From: a candidate division WS6 bacterium GW2011_GWF2_39_15
Lineage (GTDB): Bacteria > Patescibacteriota > Dojkabacteria > SC72
DNA: 64,000 bases
Reading direction: 5' to 3'
NCBI GenBank assembly: GCA_000993565.1
Contig: LBWK01000002.1
Coordinates: 224,800-288,799 of the forward strand
Positions 25,225-35,337 of the stretch are shown here, piece by piece. The translations under genes and the position numbers were made by a program. Below the pieces are notes generated by a model. The model saw only the letters and a program-made list of their open reading frames with translations. It made no database searches and was not told where the DNA came from. Within the stretch, counting starts at the first letter, position 1. Each line of letters begins with the position of its first letter.

Positions 25225-25872
25225 ATGAATGATTACTTCGTACACGAATCAGCGTATGTTGACGAGCCGTGCGAGATAGGTGAGGGCACGAAGATATGGC
25301 ATTTCTCTCATGTGCTCAAAGACTCCAAAATTGGTAAGAAATGTATACTCGGGCAGAATGTGAATATTGCCGGAGGAGTCGTTATCGGCGACAATGTTAA
25401 GATTCAGAATAATGTATCTGTATATACAGGTACTACTATTGAAGATGATGTCTTTTTAGGACCCTCCTGTGTTCTAACAAACGTCACAAATCCCAGGTCT
25501 CAGATCAACAGACACTCTTTATACGAAAAAACCGTTATTAAGCGAGGAGCATCGATTGGTGCTAATGCAACTATTGTTTGCGGAGTTACGATCGGAAGGT
25601 ACGCTTTTGTTGGTGCCGGAGCAGTAGTAACAAGGGATGTTCCTGATTACGGAATGGTGATTGGCAATCCGGCTAGATTTAAATGCTGGGTGAGTAGGCA
25701 TGGGGTGCCGTTAAAAGAGAAAGATAAGGATGGGATAATGGTATGCCCAGAAAGTGGATTTAAGTATAAGGAGATAGAGGAGGGCGTACTAAAATGCCTT
25801 GATCTTGATGAGGAAGCCCCTCTGCCTGAAAGTTTAAGTGTCGGAGATAAATTATATGATTCATTTAAATAA
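25225..25872 (+). CDS. Hexapeptide-repeat (left-handed beta-helix) N-acetyltransferase (WbpD/PerB-like)
   Basis: Repeated [LIV]-G-x-x-x-x hexapeptides (KIGKKCILGQNVNIAGGVVIGDNVKIQNNVSV). Confidence 0.7.
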   Translation: MNDYFVHESAYVDEPCEIGEGTKIWHFSHVLKDSKIGKKCILGQNVNIAGGVVIGDNVKIQNNVSVYTGTTIEDDVFLGPSCVLTNVTNPRSQINRHSLYEKTVIKRGASIGANATIVCGVTIGRYAFVGAGAVVTRDVPDYGMVIGNPARFKCWVSRHGVPLKEKDKDGIMVCPESGFKYKEIEEGVLKCLDLDEEAPLPESLSVGDKLYDSFK

Positions 25873-25873
25873 T

Positions 25874-26980
25874 ATGGAATTTATAGATCTAAAAGCCCAG
25901 CAAGAGAGAATTCTCGAGAAGGTTAGACATAATATTGATAAGGTATTGGAACACGGGAAGTATATAATGGGACCGGAAGTTACAGAGCTGGAGGAGAAGC
26001 TTGCTAAGTATGTGGGTGTTAAACATTGTATTAGCTGTGCAAACGGTACGGATGCCCTTTTGATGGCGCTTATGGTTAAAGGAATTGGTCCTGGCGATGC
26101 TATTTTCACCCCCCCATTCACTTTTATCGCGGCTGCAGAGATGGTCGCTCTTCTAGGCGCTACGCCTGTATTTGTAGATATTGATGAAAAGACCTTTAAT
26201 CTGGATCCTAAGAAACTTGAAGAAGCTGTGAAAAACTTCTCAAAGCCCGGGCTTACGCCAAAAGGAGTTATCCCTGTTGATCTTTTTGGTCAACCGGCCG
26301 ATTATGATGAGATAAACAGAATTGCTAAAGAAAATAATCTCTTTGTTATTGAAGATGCCGCACAGAGTTTTGGAGGAGAATATAAAGGGAAGAAAGTCTG
26401 CTCGCTTGCAGAGATTGCTACAACTAGTTTCTTCCCTGCAAAGCCATTGGGATGTTACGGTGACGGGGGAGCAATCTTTACGGATGACGACGATATAGCG
26501 GCGCTTCTTCAATCTATTAGAATACATGGAAAAGGAGAGGACAAGTATGATAATGTCAGGGTTGGAATTAATGGAAGGCTTGATACTATGCAGGCGGCAG
26601 TTCTTCTTCCTAAGTTAGAGATTTTGGATGAAGAGATGGATCTTAGGCAGAAGGTTACGAAAAGGTATGGTAAAGGTCTTGCGGATACGGTCGAAGTTCC
26701 ATATATTCTCGATGAGTGTACTTCAGCCTGGGCTTTATATACAGTTAAAAGTGGTCGAAGAGATGAGATATTGCAAAAGCTGAAGGAGAAAGATATTCCT
26801 GCAGGGGTTTATTACCCGAAGCCTCTTCATTTACAGGACGCATTTAAATCTTTAGGATACAAAAGAGGAGACTTCCCGGTTGCCGAGAAGTGTTGTGATA
26901 CGGTTTTCAGCTTACCTATGCACCCGTACTTAACAGAGAAGGACCAAGATTATATTATAGAGGTACTTAAGTCTGCTTAG
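25874..26980 (+). CDS. DegT/DnrJ/EryC1/StrS-family PLP-dependent sugar aminotransferase
   Basis: The start MEFIDLKAQ is typical of this family. The ORF-track start at 25838 lies inside the previous gene, and the ATG at 25874 directly follows its stop. GTDALLMAL; a Lys-containing active-site region. Confidence 0.85.
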   Translation: MEFIDLKAQQERILEKVRHNIDKVLEHGKYIMGPEVTELEEKLAKYVGVKHCISCANGTDALLMALMVKGIGPGDAIFTPPFTFIAAAEMVALLGATPVFVDIDEKTFNLDPKKLEEAVKNFSKPGLTPKGVIPVDLFGQPADYDEINRIAKENNLFVIEDAAQSFGGEYKGKKVCSLAEIATTSFFPAKPLGCYGDGGAIFTDDDDIAALLQSIRIHGKGEDKYDNVRVGINGRLDTMQAAVLLPKLEILDEEMDLRQKVTKRYGKGLADTVEVPYILDECTSAWALYTVKSGRRDEILQKLKEKDIPAGVYYPKPLHLQDAFKSLGYKRGDFPVAEKCCDTVFSLPMHPYLTEKDQDYIIEVLKSA

Positions 26981-26995
26981 GTAGGAATATAAATA

Positions 26996-29041
26996 ATGAA
27001 TAAGAATCAAACAGAGAAGAAGGGGAGTATAACTCTCTACCAGCTTTTATGGCTTGTAATATCATCAATAGCCTTTTCTGGTATTGTTTTGCTCTGGAGT
27101 GCAAATTATTCTCCTTTTAAAGCTATTATAGGAGGATTACTTGGATTAGTATTCCTTTTCACCCTTTTCAGGTGGAAAATTGAAATTCCCCGCTTAAAAG
27201 TAGGCAAGATAGCGGTCATTTTTCTATTTGTCCTAGGGATTGGTATCATTCTGCGAATTTCTCCGTGGATGTACTTGGAGGGAGGGCAGGATGAAGGTTT
27301 GTATATTTCCATGTCTAAACAATTTGATAGGACGGGGAGACTGCAATTTGACGACATAGCTGTCCCTAAGCTGAAGGGAGATGATTTAGTAAGATATGAG
27401 AAAGAGGCTGGCTGGGCAATTTTGGGAATTAAAAAGGCTGATGAAGGTAGTTTATATTACGGTTTCTACCCCATGCATCCTATGCTTATGTCCGTAACAG
27501 GCTTTATCTTTGGTGAGAACCACATGACTTCTTCTCTTACTCTATTTTCAATACTGTCTATTATCGGTATTTTTCTATTAACAAAAGAGATTTCGGGTAG
27601 CACGTTAGCCGGAACAATAGCAGGTTCATTACTTGCTTTCAGCCCGCTGCACCTATATTTTTCAAGATTTCCAGTGACAGAGATTTTAGCTTTATCACTT
27701 ACCTTGAATACCTTTTACTTTATACTTAGGGGTTTAAAAACCAAAAGTTGGACACCACTACTAATAGCATTATTTCTGATTAATATCTTTTTCTATACGA
27801 GAATAACGTGGATAATAGCACTTCCTTTTTATATTTTAATGATATTGGCAATCATGGTTTATCTAAAGGAAAGGAAGGAGAGAATCATGTGGGGATTATG
27901 GGGACTTCTTGTCCTCCTTACATACTTAATATCACTTTATTTCTACTATACGCAGATTAATACTTTATACGTTCTTTTCTATCATGACATTTTCAAAATA
28001 GTTCCGGAACGTTGGTTTTATACTCTTTTGGGATTGATACCTTTGGTAGTCTTTCTTTTCTCGACCGTGTTTAGGAAGTATGTAAAATGGGTCATGGAAG
28101 TGGTCTTCAAATATAGAAATATATTTATATATATTGGTCTAATTATTCTGGTAGTGATTAACCTCAGGTATTTCTACAGAATGGCCTTCACAGACACTTT
28201 TGTGGGGACGCGTGCAGATTATTTCTGGGGAATGGCAAACAAGGGATGGATAATATTCAAGGACACAGCACTAATGAGTCTGATCTTATACCTGACACCG
28301 GTGGGAGTAATACTGTTTGCCCTTTCAATTAAGAGAGTAATAAATACTCCTGTTAGGGTTTTATTAACGATCTTTCTTTTTCTTTTCTTAGCCTTGAACT
28401 TAACAGTTAACAAATTTACCCCTTATCATTTTTACTATGCTAGGTATCAGCTATCAGAGATTATACCGGTTATCTATGTATTTATTTCGATCTACATGGT
28501 CACTCTCTTTAGGACTAGCAAACTGTGGTTTTACTTATGTTTAGGATTTTTGACTTTTTATAATTTGTTCTTTACGGCTTTTCAGTTTCAGGGTTATGTA
28601 GGGACAACGCCGGTGACGTTTAATCAGATTCAGGAAACTGTCAGCAAAAAAGATCTAATCTTCTTCTACGATCCGACAAAGTGGGGGACGAGTTTTATTG
28701 TTAGTCCCTTGAAGTATTTTTATAATGTCCCAACAGCAATTGTGAGAAGAGGGACTAATTTAAGCGGTTATCTCGCTACTTCAGAAGCGTATGACTTTAA
28801 CAGATATGTTTTAACTACTATAGTTCTTAATCATGAAAAGTTAGAGTATATTAAGACATTTAATTTTGAGAAGGGTTTCTATGCTTCGGTTAAAACAGAA
28901 GATGAAATTCTGGAAACGAAGATTAACGATTACAAGATTCCTTATTGTGACCAGTTTATTAACGAGAAGTTCTGTGCAGGTATTATCCCTATTAAGTATC
29001 ATTTAAGTAGCATTCCGCTATATCTCTATAAGATAAAGTGA
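26996..29041 (+). CDS. Polytopic GT-C-fold glycosyltransferase, ArnT/PMT-like (GT83/GT39-like)
   Basis: About 12 or more TM segments. A D-E-x-x-Y motif in the first extracytoplasmic loop (GGQDEGLYIS) resembles the ArnT/PMT DE motif. Followed by a GtrB-like gene. Confidence 0.5.
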   Translation: MNKNQTEKKGSITLYQLLWLVISSIAFSGIVLLWSANYSPFKAIIGGLLGLVFLFTLFRWKIEIPRLKVGKIAVIFLFVLGIGIILRISPWMYLEGGQDEGLYISMSKQFDRTGRLQFDDIAVPKLKGDDLVRYEKEAGWAILGIKKADEGSLYYGFYPMHPMLMSVTGFIFGENHMTSSLTLFSILSIIGIFLLTKEISGSTLAGTIAGSLLAFSPLHLYFSRFPVTEILALSLTLNTFYFILRGLKTKSWTPLLIALFLINIFFYTRITWIIALPFYILMILAIMVYLKERKERIMWGLWGLLVLLTYLISLYFYYTQINTLYVLFYHDIFKIVPERWFYTLLGLIPLVVFLFSTVFRKYVKWVMEVVFKYRNIFIYIGLIILVVINLRYFYRMAFTDTFVGTRADYFWGMANKGWIIFKDTALMSLILYLTPVGVILFALSIKRVINTPVRVLLTIFLFLFLALNLTVNKFTPYHFYYARYQLSEIIPVIYVFISIYMVTLFRTSKLWFYLCLGFLTFYNLFFTAFQFQGYVGTTPVTFNQIQETVSKKDLIFFYDPTKWGTSFIVSPLKYFYNVPTAIVRRGTNLSGYLATSEAYDFNRYVLTTIVLNHEKLEYIKTFNFEKGFYASVKTEDEILETKINDYKIPYCDQFINEKFCAGIIPIKYHLSSIPLYLYKIK

Positions 29042-29145
29042 GTCAACTGAAGAGTAATAGTAGGTTCTTGTCAAAGCAGTTGTTTTTGAGCATAATTGTC
29101 TAGTCAGAAATAGATCCTATATAAAATAAATAAAGTGTAATTAAA

Positions 29146-30240
29146 ATGTTAAAAGGTAAAACAGTTGCAGTTGTCGTGCCTGCATATAATGAAGAGAGCC
29201 AGATTGGTATGGTTATTGAGAGCATGCCGGAATTTGTTGATAGAATTGTAATCGTCAACGACAAGTCAAAAGATAATACGGCTAAGGTTGTAGAAAAGTA
29301 TATAAAAGAGGATAAAAACCCTGTGACAAAACTTAACCATGTAAAGAGTGTAAAACCTAATAGATATAATTATGCGGATCAGGTAGTTGAGAAAATGGCG
29401 AAAGAAGAGATCTCTCGTTACACACCGTTTGACGTTTTTAATAAGGATCCTAAGAAATCTAGGATTATTTTAATAAACCACTTGAAGAATGGTTCCGTTG
29501 GAGCTTCTATTGCAACGGGATATAAGTGGTGTGCTGATAATAATGTAGACTGCACTGCAGTAATGGCTGGTGATGGCCAGATGGATCCTGGGGAGCTTGA
29601 GTCAATTTGTATGCCTGTTCTCGATGGGAAAGTAGATTATGTAAAGGGAAACAGGTTAAAGCACCGTTCCGCAAGTTTGATCATTCCAAGGATCAGATTT
29701 TTTGGAAATTCAATCCTTTCTCTCTTAACCAAAATTGCTAGCGGATACTGGCAGGTATCGGATACTCAGACAGGTTATACCGCAATCTCGTTAGAGGCAT
29801 TAAGAGGAATTCATCTTTATGATATCTATAAATCTTATGGTTGTCCTAACGATATCCTTGTTAAGCTGAATATTGCAAATTTTGCGATTAGGGAAGTACC
29901 TATCAAGCCTGTTTATAACGTCGGTGAGAAGTCAAAGATGAAAGTTTTTAAAGTTATACCAAGGGTCAGTTGGCTTCTATTTAAACTTTTTTGGAAAAGA
30001 TTATATAAAAAGTATCTGTTTAGAGATTTCCACCCGTTGTTTCTTCTCTACCATCTGTCAATCCTGCTTCTCGTTTTAGATATTCCGTACGCGTGGGCTG
30101 CCTTAGTGGACCTTTTTGGCGGAACAAGAATATCAACTAACTCTTTAATTGCTTTCATCTTTCTCTCTATAATAGGGTTTCAATCTATCTTTTTTGCCAT
30201 GTGGATGGATATGATGGATAATGATAAACTGCAGAGGTAA
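29146..30240 (+). CDS. Polyprenyl-phosphate sugar synthase (GtrB/ArnC/Dpm1-like GT2) with C-terminal TM helices
   Basis: VAVVVPAYNEESQI...IVIVNDKSKDNT. A DxD-like motif. C-terminal hydrophobic helices. Confidence 0.75.
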   Translation: MLKGKTVAVVVPAYNEESQIGMVIESMPEFVDRIVIVNDKSKDNTAKVVEKYIKEDKNPVTKLNHVKSVKPNRYNYADQVVEKMAKEEISRYTPFDVFNKDPKKSRIILINHLKNGSVGASIATGYKWCADNNVDCTAVMAGDGQMDPGELESICMPVLDGKVDYVKGNRLKHRSASLIIPRIRFFGNSILSLLTKIASGYWQVSDTQTGYTAISLEALRGIHLYDIYKSYGCPNDILVKLNIANFAIREVPIKPVYNVGEKSKMKVFKVIPRVSWLLFKLFWKRLYKKYLFRDFHPLFLLYHLSILLLVLDIPYAWAALVDLFGGTRISTNSLIAFIFLSIIGFQSIFFAMWMDMMDNDKLQR

Positions 30241-32221
30241 AGATCTCTTAACTAACCGTACTTATCCGAAAATGACTTTAGGAAAGGTTAAAATTAATCT
30301 GAGTTCGCAGGCTAAAACAGCATTACTAATAGTACTCATAAATGTTGTTATTCTTTCCATCGTAGCTCTATTTCGGTATGCCGTCTACGATGAGAAGCTT
30401 TATCTTCATGAAACGGTAATGATTAGTGAGTTACTAAAGCAGGGTAAGTGGATAGCCTCATACGGAGTAGGTTTGCACGGATTCTTGTTTAAACTTCCTG
30501 TTGCCCTGGCGTTCCTCATTACAGGTCCATCTGTTTATGTCGCTACACTATTCCACATCATTCTGGCTTCATCAGCATCCGGCATATTTTATCTTATTGT
30601 ATCAAGGTTCATCAAACTTGGTAAATGGAGTATAGTTGCTCTGGGTCTACTTCTACTGAACTATCAATTCCTGAGCTGGTCACTTACCTACCATAGGGAA
30701 ATTCCGGTCGTATTTGCTTTCCTGCTGTTCTTATACTTTCTACTGAGGGATAATAAAGGTTTTTTGTTAAAAGGTTTTCTTTTGATGCTTGTGCTGGATG
30801 CTAAGGAATATGTCTTTTTTACTCTCTTACCGGCTTTATTCATTTATGAAGTTATCGTTAACTTTGAAGAGATAAAGCATTTTTTTGCAAATTGGTTTCA
30901 GTTGTTAAAAAAAGCGGCTTTTCTCCTTTCGCCTTCAGTAATATATCTTTATTTGATGTTCTTTACGTCGGCAATCCCTGTAAATATGTTCAATGCGTCT
31001 ATACTCGGTCTTACAGATTCGCATTTTAGTTACCAGTTTCAGCAGGCTTTGCCTGAGAGTGGTTTATCTGATGGTACAACGAATAAAAACACCAATTTCT
31101 CCTATACAGTATCAAAAAAGATTGAGGATCTAATTGAACAGAAGATAGATAAAAAAGAGGAAGCTAAAAACAGTTCAGAAAGCAGCTCACTCTCAGTGAA
31201 TAATAATGAAGAGGAGTGTGAGACAGGATCTTTGAGAGCATTGGTTCTATTTATAGGCTATATTGAAAAGTTTTTCTATACTTCTATTTTCTCTATTCAA
31301 GGGATACCGCTCGTTGTTTTGGTACCATCCCTGATAGCTTCGATATATCTCTTTATAAACTGGTTTAAAGAGAGAAAGGGTTTATTATTTCTAAATCTGT
31401 TCTATTGGTCGTATTTGGTTTTGTATATAGTTAGAGTTTCCCACCATAGGTATCTACTTCCTATTATTCCTATTGGTATTATCTTCTTCCTACTTTTTCT
31501 CGATGAATATCTTAAACAGAAGAAAGACTTTAAGGTTTATATAATCGTCACAATGAGTTTGCTTATCATTGTGTCTTTTATATCGGTGTTCTATCAAGAT
31601 CTTGGCGATAGTAAAGGACTTTTCAACATTCTACTTACTTTTCTTGTTACAGGTCTCTTCGGCGGCCTGTTTTATTTCAAAAAGTATAAAGAACTTTTTA
31701 TTAAGCTGATTTTAGGTACATTGATTGGAGCTTTAATATTTATTAACTCTTACGCATTGTTAACCAAAAATCAGATATATAAATCCCTTACATGGGGAGC
31801 GAACGGTGAGGCTGATAAAATAGCTAAAATGGTTGATCCAAAAGACATTGTTTTTATCGATTGTGAGTCGGGAACGATTTCGGAGGTTACCTATCTGCTT
31901 AATGTCTACAGAGGGACTAACTACTTACCTATTGAGTGGCATTGGAAGCTTGATAAGAATAAGATAAATAGATCTTTGGATGCTGTTGAGCCGACGACTG
32001 ACCTCTGGTATGGGATAGATATGTCAAACCTACGTAACTTCAAAAGTACTATTAAACAAAAAAAGATTACTAAAATTATTCTTCTTGAATCTCAGGTTGA
32101 GGGCCAGAAGTTTCCGCTGGAAGAATATATTGATGATTTGAAAAAAGAAAAATGGCTTAGCCTGGAGAGGGTTGAGCAACTAAAGAATAAAAAAGTATAT
32201 GTGTTTGAAGTAAAAATATGA
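30221..32221 (+). CDS. Second polytopic GT-C-like membrane glycosyltransferase
   Basis: Multiple TM helices. D-E-x-x-Y right after TM1 (AVYDEKLYLHE). A Ser/Glu-rich loop. Confidence 0.45.
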   Translation: MINCRGKDLLTNRTYPKMTLGKVKINLSSQAKTALLIVLINVVILSIVALFRYAVYDEKLYLHETVMISELLKQGKWIASYGVGLHGFLFKLPVALAFLITGPSVYVATLFHIILASSASGIFYLIVSRFIKLGKWSIVALGLLLLNYQFLSWSLTYHREIPVVFAFLLFLYFLLRDNKGFLLKGFLLMLVLDAKEYVFFTLLPALFIYEVIVNFEEIKHFFANWFQLLKKAAFLLSPSVIYLYLMFFTSAIPVNMFNASILGLTDSHFSYQFQQALPESGLSDGTTNKNTNFSYTVSKKIEDLIEQKIDKKEEAKNSSESSSLSVNNNEEECETGSLRALVLFIGYIEKFFYTSIFSIQGIPLVVLVPSLIASIYLFINWFKERKGLLFLNLFYWSYLVLYIVRVSHHRYLLPIIPIGIIFFLLFLDEYLKQKKDFKVYIIVTMSLLIIVSFISVFYQDLGDSKGLFNILLTFLVTGLFGGLFYFKKYKELFIKLILGTLIGALIFINSYALLTKNQIYKSLTWGANGEADKIAKMVDPKDIVFIDCESGTISEVTYLLNVYRGTNYLPIEWHWKLDKNKINRSLDAVEPTTDLWYGIDMSNLRNFKSTIKQKKITKIILLESQVEGQKFPLEEYIDDLKKEKWLSLERVEQLKNKKVYVFEVKI

Positions 32222-33528
32222 AAAGTGATAGAAAGAAAATAATAATCCTTACAGCTCTTCCCTTTAGAAAACAGGGTAATCAAAGCATGATTAGGTTTGT
32301 AAATATGTTTATAAAAAGGGAGATGGACGTTACCATGTTCACTGCAGGATTTGATGATAAGGGTGAAAACGCCATTGAAAGTTCTTTATTTAAAGCTTTT
32401 AAAATCAAGAGCCTCGGATTTACGCTTACGGCTTTTCTTAACAAAAAGGTTTTGAAGCTGAGGAAAAATAAAGTAAAGAGTGACAACTATTTTGTGAAAA
32501 TAAGGTCTGAAGATATTGTACCACCTTATGGTAGCTATAATCTGCCTAATCTCATTAATAAGTGGTCAAAGTACCTGCTTTATCTTCTCGATAATATCCT
32601 GTTAATGCCATATCTACTCCTTGCTCATTTTAGTAAGATAAAAGACTCGGACGTTGTTATTGCTTACGAAGAGGGTTACACTTTAACGGCACGTTTATTA
32701 GCAAGACTCTTTGGGAAAAAATATATTAATAAATTTCAGGGAACTATCCTTAAAGCAACGAATAGAAATATTTCACAGGCAATAAAGTACTTCCCACATA
32801 ACTATTTCACTATTAATAAGTCAGACCTTTGCATCATGGTTCAGGATGGTACCGATGGTGAGTATTACGCACGGTTAAGAGGATGCAGGAACATCTTTTT
32901 TGAACCTCACGGGGTATATATTTATGAACATACCAAAGACTATAAGAGTATAGTTGATGAGCTTAAAAGGAAAGGAAAGTTTGTGCTTTTCAATAATGCC
33001 AGTGGTAGTACTTGGAAAAGAACGGATAGAGTTATCAGGGGATTAGCAAATATTAAGAAAGAACTCCTTGAAAATATAGTCCTGATTACTACATACCATG
33101 CGGCAAATAGAGATGATCTGGTCGAATTTGTGAAGTTGAATAACCTTCAGGATAAGGTTATTTTTCTTGATAAAATTGATCCTTTTGAGTCCAACTATAT
33201 TATTCAGAAATCGAATGTGGTAATTATGACTAATGATTTTAGCAATTTGGGTAATCCGGTACTGGAGGCCATCTACTATAAAACTCCTTTGATTTCTATA
33301 AATGATGGCAGTTTGGATGGGCTTGTCGGAAATGGTAAAGACTGCATATTGATTAACTTGGACAGGGACTTTGACAGAAATATGGCTTTAGCAATCGAAA
33401 GAATGTATTCTGATAAAGCTTTTTACAAATCTGTAAAGGAGGGTTTGAATGTTAACAGGCTTGTGCGTGAACTTAGTGAGCAGCAGGAGCGAGAGTTTAA
33501 AGCTATTCAAGTGCTTTTAGAACAATGA
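32218..33528 (+). CDS. Putative GT-B-fold glycosyltransferase-like protein
   Basis: C-terminal region resembles the GT4 donor-binding domain (NPVLEAIYYKTPLISINDGSLDGLV). This call is weak. Confidence 0.35.
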   Translation: MKSDRKKIIILTALPFRKQGNQSMIRFVNMFIKREMDVTMFTAGFDDKGENAIESSLFKAFKIKSLGFTLTAFLNKKVLKLRKNKVKSDNYFVKIRSEDIVPPYGSYNLPNLINKWSKYLLYLLDNILLMPYLLLAHFSKIKDSDVVIAYEEGYTLTARLLARLFGKKYINKFQGTILKATNRNISQAIKYFPHNYFTINKSDLCIMVQDGTDGEYYARLRGCRNIFFEPHGVYIYEHTKDYKSIVDELKRKGKFVLFNNASGSTWKRTDRVIRGLANIKKELLENIVLITTYHAANRDDLVEFVKLNNLQDKVIFLDKIDPFESNYIIQKSNVVIMTNDFSNLGNPVLEAIYYKTPLISINDGSLDGLVGNGKDCILINLDRDFDRNMALAIERMYSDKAFYKSVKEGLNVNRLVRELSEQQEREFKAIQVLLEQ

Positions 33529-34826
33529 TGAAGATTAAAGAAAAAATACAATGGTTATTAAAAGAAGGTTCATTTAGGCGTAATGTTGCAACAATGTTTT
33601 CAGGTACCGTTGTATCTCAGGTTGTTTACTTGCTTTTCTATCCTGTTTTAACTCGTCTATATACGCCCTCACATTTTGGACAGTATGCTATATTCCTAAC
33701 CTTTTTATCTATACTCTCACTTTTGGCAACTGGACAGTACGAACAGGGGATTCTCCTACCTAAAAAGGAAAAGAATGTAAAAGTCTTATCTCTTGGGGCA
33801 ATATTTATTGCGGCCGTTATGTCAATTCTTCTTACTGCCGTATTATTATTGTCACGGCCTGTTTTACAGAAATATAATCTCTTTAACAACTCAGATATTA
33901 TTTCCTTTTTGGGGATCTCAGTATTCATAAACGCTTTGTACCAGATAGGGATATATCTTTCTCTTAGGAAAAAGGATTTCAAATCTATTTCTGCTATAAA
34001 TATTCTCAATGTAGCTTTTAGTATTTTGTTTCAAGCGATACTATCTCAGACGAGCTTAAAAGAATTTGGTTTAAGCATGGGATATATGGTCGGAACATTG
34101 GTATCAATGGGCTTTCTCCTGTACCAGAATAAAAGGACCTTTGTAATAAAAAATGCTTTTATAGAGCTGGTAGGTGATGCTAGGAATCAGTTAGTAAGGT
34201 TCAAAAAATTCCCTTTGTTTAACTTACCTGCTACGCTTGTGAATCTTCTTGCGAATCAGGCCCCGCAGATATTATTAAATACATTCGGTCAGTCAGTCGT
34301 TGGATATTTCTCCCTGTCACAAAGAATATTAGGCAGCCCTGTTACTTTGTTCTCGACTTCACTGTCACATGTGTTCAAGGAGAAAGCGAGTAGTGATTAT
34401 AGGAATAAGGGTAATTGTGAAGCTATTTTTGTAAAAACTTTCAAAACCCTGTTTATGATCTCAATAATTCCCTTTCTGCTGGTCTTCATTTTCTCTCCTT
34501 TTCTTGTACCTATCGTTTTCGGATCGCAGTGGGAAATGGCAAGTCCATACATTCAAGCCTTAACCCTAATGTTTTTCTTCAAATTTACCGTAAGTCCTTT
34601 ATCATATGTTATTATTATTGCAGAGAAGCAGAAGCTTAATCTCGTTTTACAGTCACTACTATTAATCCTGATAATTATATCTATAAGTATCGGCTTATAT
34701 CGAAAAGATCCACTTCTCGCTGTTATTTTATACTCTATAGTCTACTCGTTTATATATGCATTGTTTTTGTTAATTTCTTACAAATTGTCAAAAAATGGTA
34801 AAAAAGATTCTTCAGCTACTAGGTAA
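33525..34826 (+). CDS. Wzx-like oligosaccharide flippase (MOP/polysaccharide biosynthesis protein family)
   Basis: About 12 or more TM segments. N-terminal NVATMFSGTVVSQVVYLLFYPVLTRLY is typical of Wzx/RfbX. Confidence 0.7.
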   Translation: MMKIKEKIQWLLKEGSFRRNVATMFSGTVVSQVVYLLFYPVLTRLYTPSHFGQYAIFLTFLSILSLLATGQYEQGILLPKKEKNVKVLSLGAIFIAAVMSILLTAVLLLSRPVLQKYNLFNNSDIISFLGISVFINALYQIGIYLSLRKKDFKSISAINILNVAFSILFQAILSQTSLKEFGLSMGYMVGTLVSMGFLLYQNKRTFVIKNAFIELVGDARNQLVRFKKFPLFNLPATLVNLLANQAPQILLNTFGQSVVGYFSLSQRILGSPVTLFSTSLSHVFKEKASSDYRNKGNCEAIFVKTFKTLFMISIIPFLLVFIFSPFLVPIVFGSQWEMASPYIQALTLMFFFKFTVSPLSYVIIIAEKQKLNLVLQSLLLILIIISISIGLYRKDPLLAVILYSIVYSFIYALFLLISYKLSKNGKKDSSATR

Positions 34827-35304
34827 CCTGCTGAGCCGGTTTTACAAATATAAAGATGATCACTTTGACGATGTGCATTATATATCATTTTTTTTCTGGC
34901 AGAAGATTCTCCGCATGAACTCCAAAGTCCCTTGGCCAGTTCACTTCACGTCATATGTAACAGGGATAAAGAATATCAAGATTGGTAAAAAATGTTCACC
35001 AGGGTCAAATATAGGTCAGTATATTCAAGCAATTAACGGTATTACATTGGGAGACAATGTCCTTATGGGCCCGGGTTCTAAAATAATAAGTGCGAACCAT
35101 GATCCTAAGGATTTTACTAAACACACTGAAGGTAAGCCTATTATAATCGGATCTAATGTTTGGATAGGAGCAGATGCTATAATCCTTGCGGGTGTCACTA
35201 TTGGCGATAATGTAGTTATTGGAGCGGGTTCTATTGTCACCAGGGATCTCCCGTCAAACTCTGTAGCAGTTGGAAATCCCTGCCGAGTTATCAAAAGGCT
35301 TTAA
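34795..35304 (+). CDS. Hexapeptide-repeat O-acetyltransferase (maltose/galactoside acetyltransferase-like, WbbJ/WcaF-like)
   Basis: IGSNVWIGADAIILAGVTIGDNVVIGAGSIVTRDLPSNSVAVGNPCRVIK. Confidence 0.75.
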   Translation: MVKKILQLLGNLLSRFYKYKDDHFDDVHYISFFFWQKILRMNSKVPWPVHFTSYVTGIKNIKIGKKCSPGSNIGQYIQAINGITLGDNVLMGPGSKIISANHDPKDFTKHTEGKPIIIGSNVWIGADAIILAGVTIGDNVVIGAGSIVTRDLPSNSVAVGNPCRVIKRL

Positions 35305-35337
35305 TTATTAGTGTAATCTTATTATAATGTTGTACCA

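Noticed and set aside
26996-32221. STT3/PglB/AglB-type oligosaccharyltransferase
   Set aside because: Neither large polytopic protein contains a WWDYG-like motif. Both instead show the DE-loop motif of the ArnT/PMT type, so they were called ArnT/PMT-like GT-C rather than OST.
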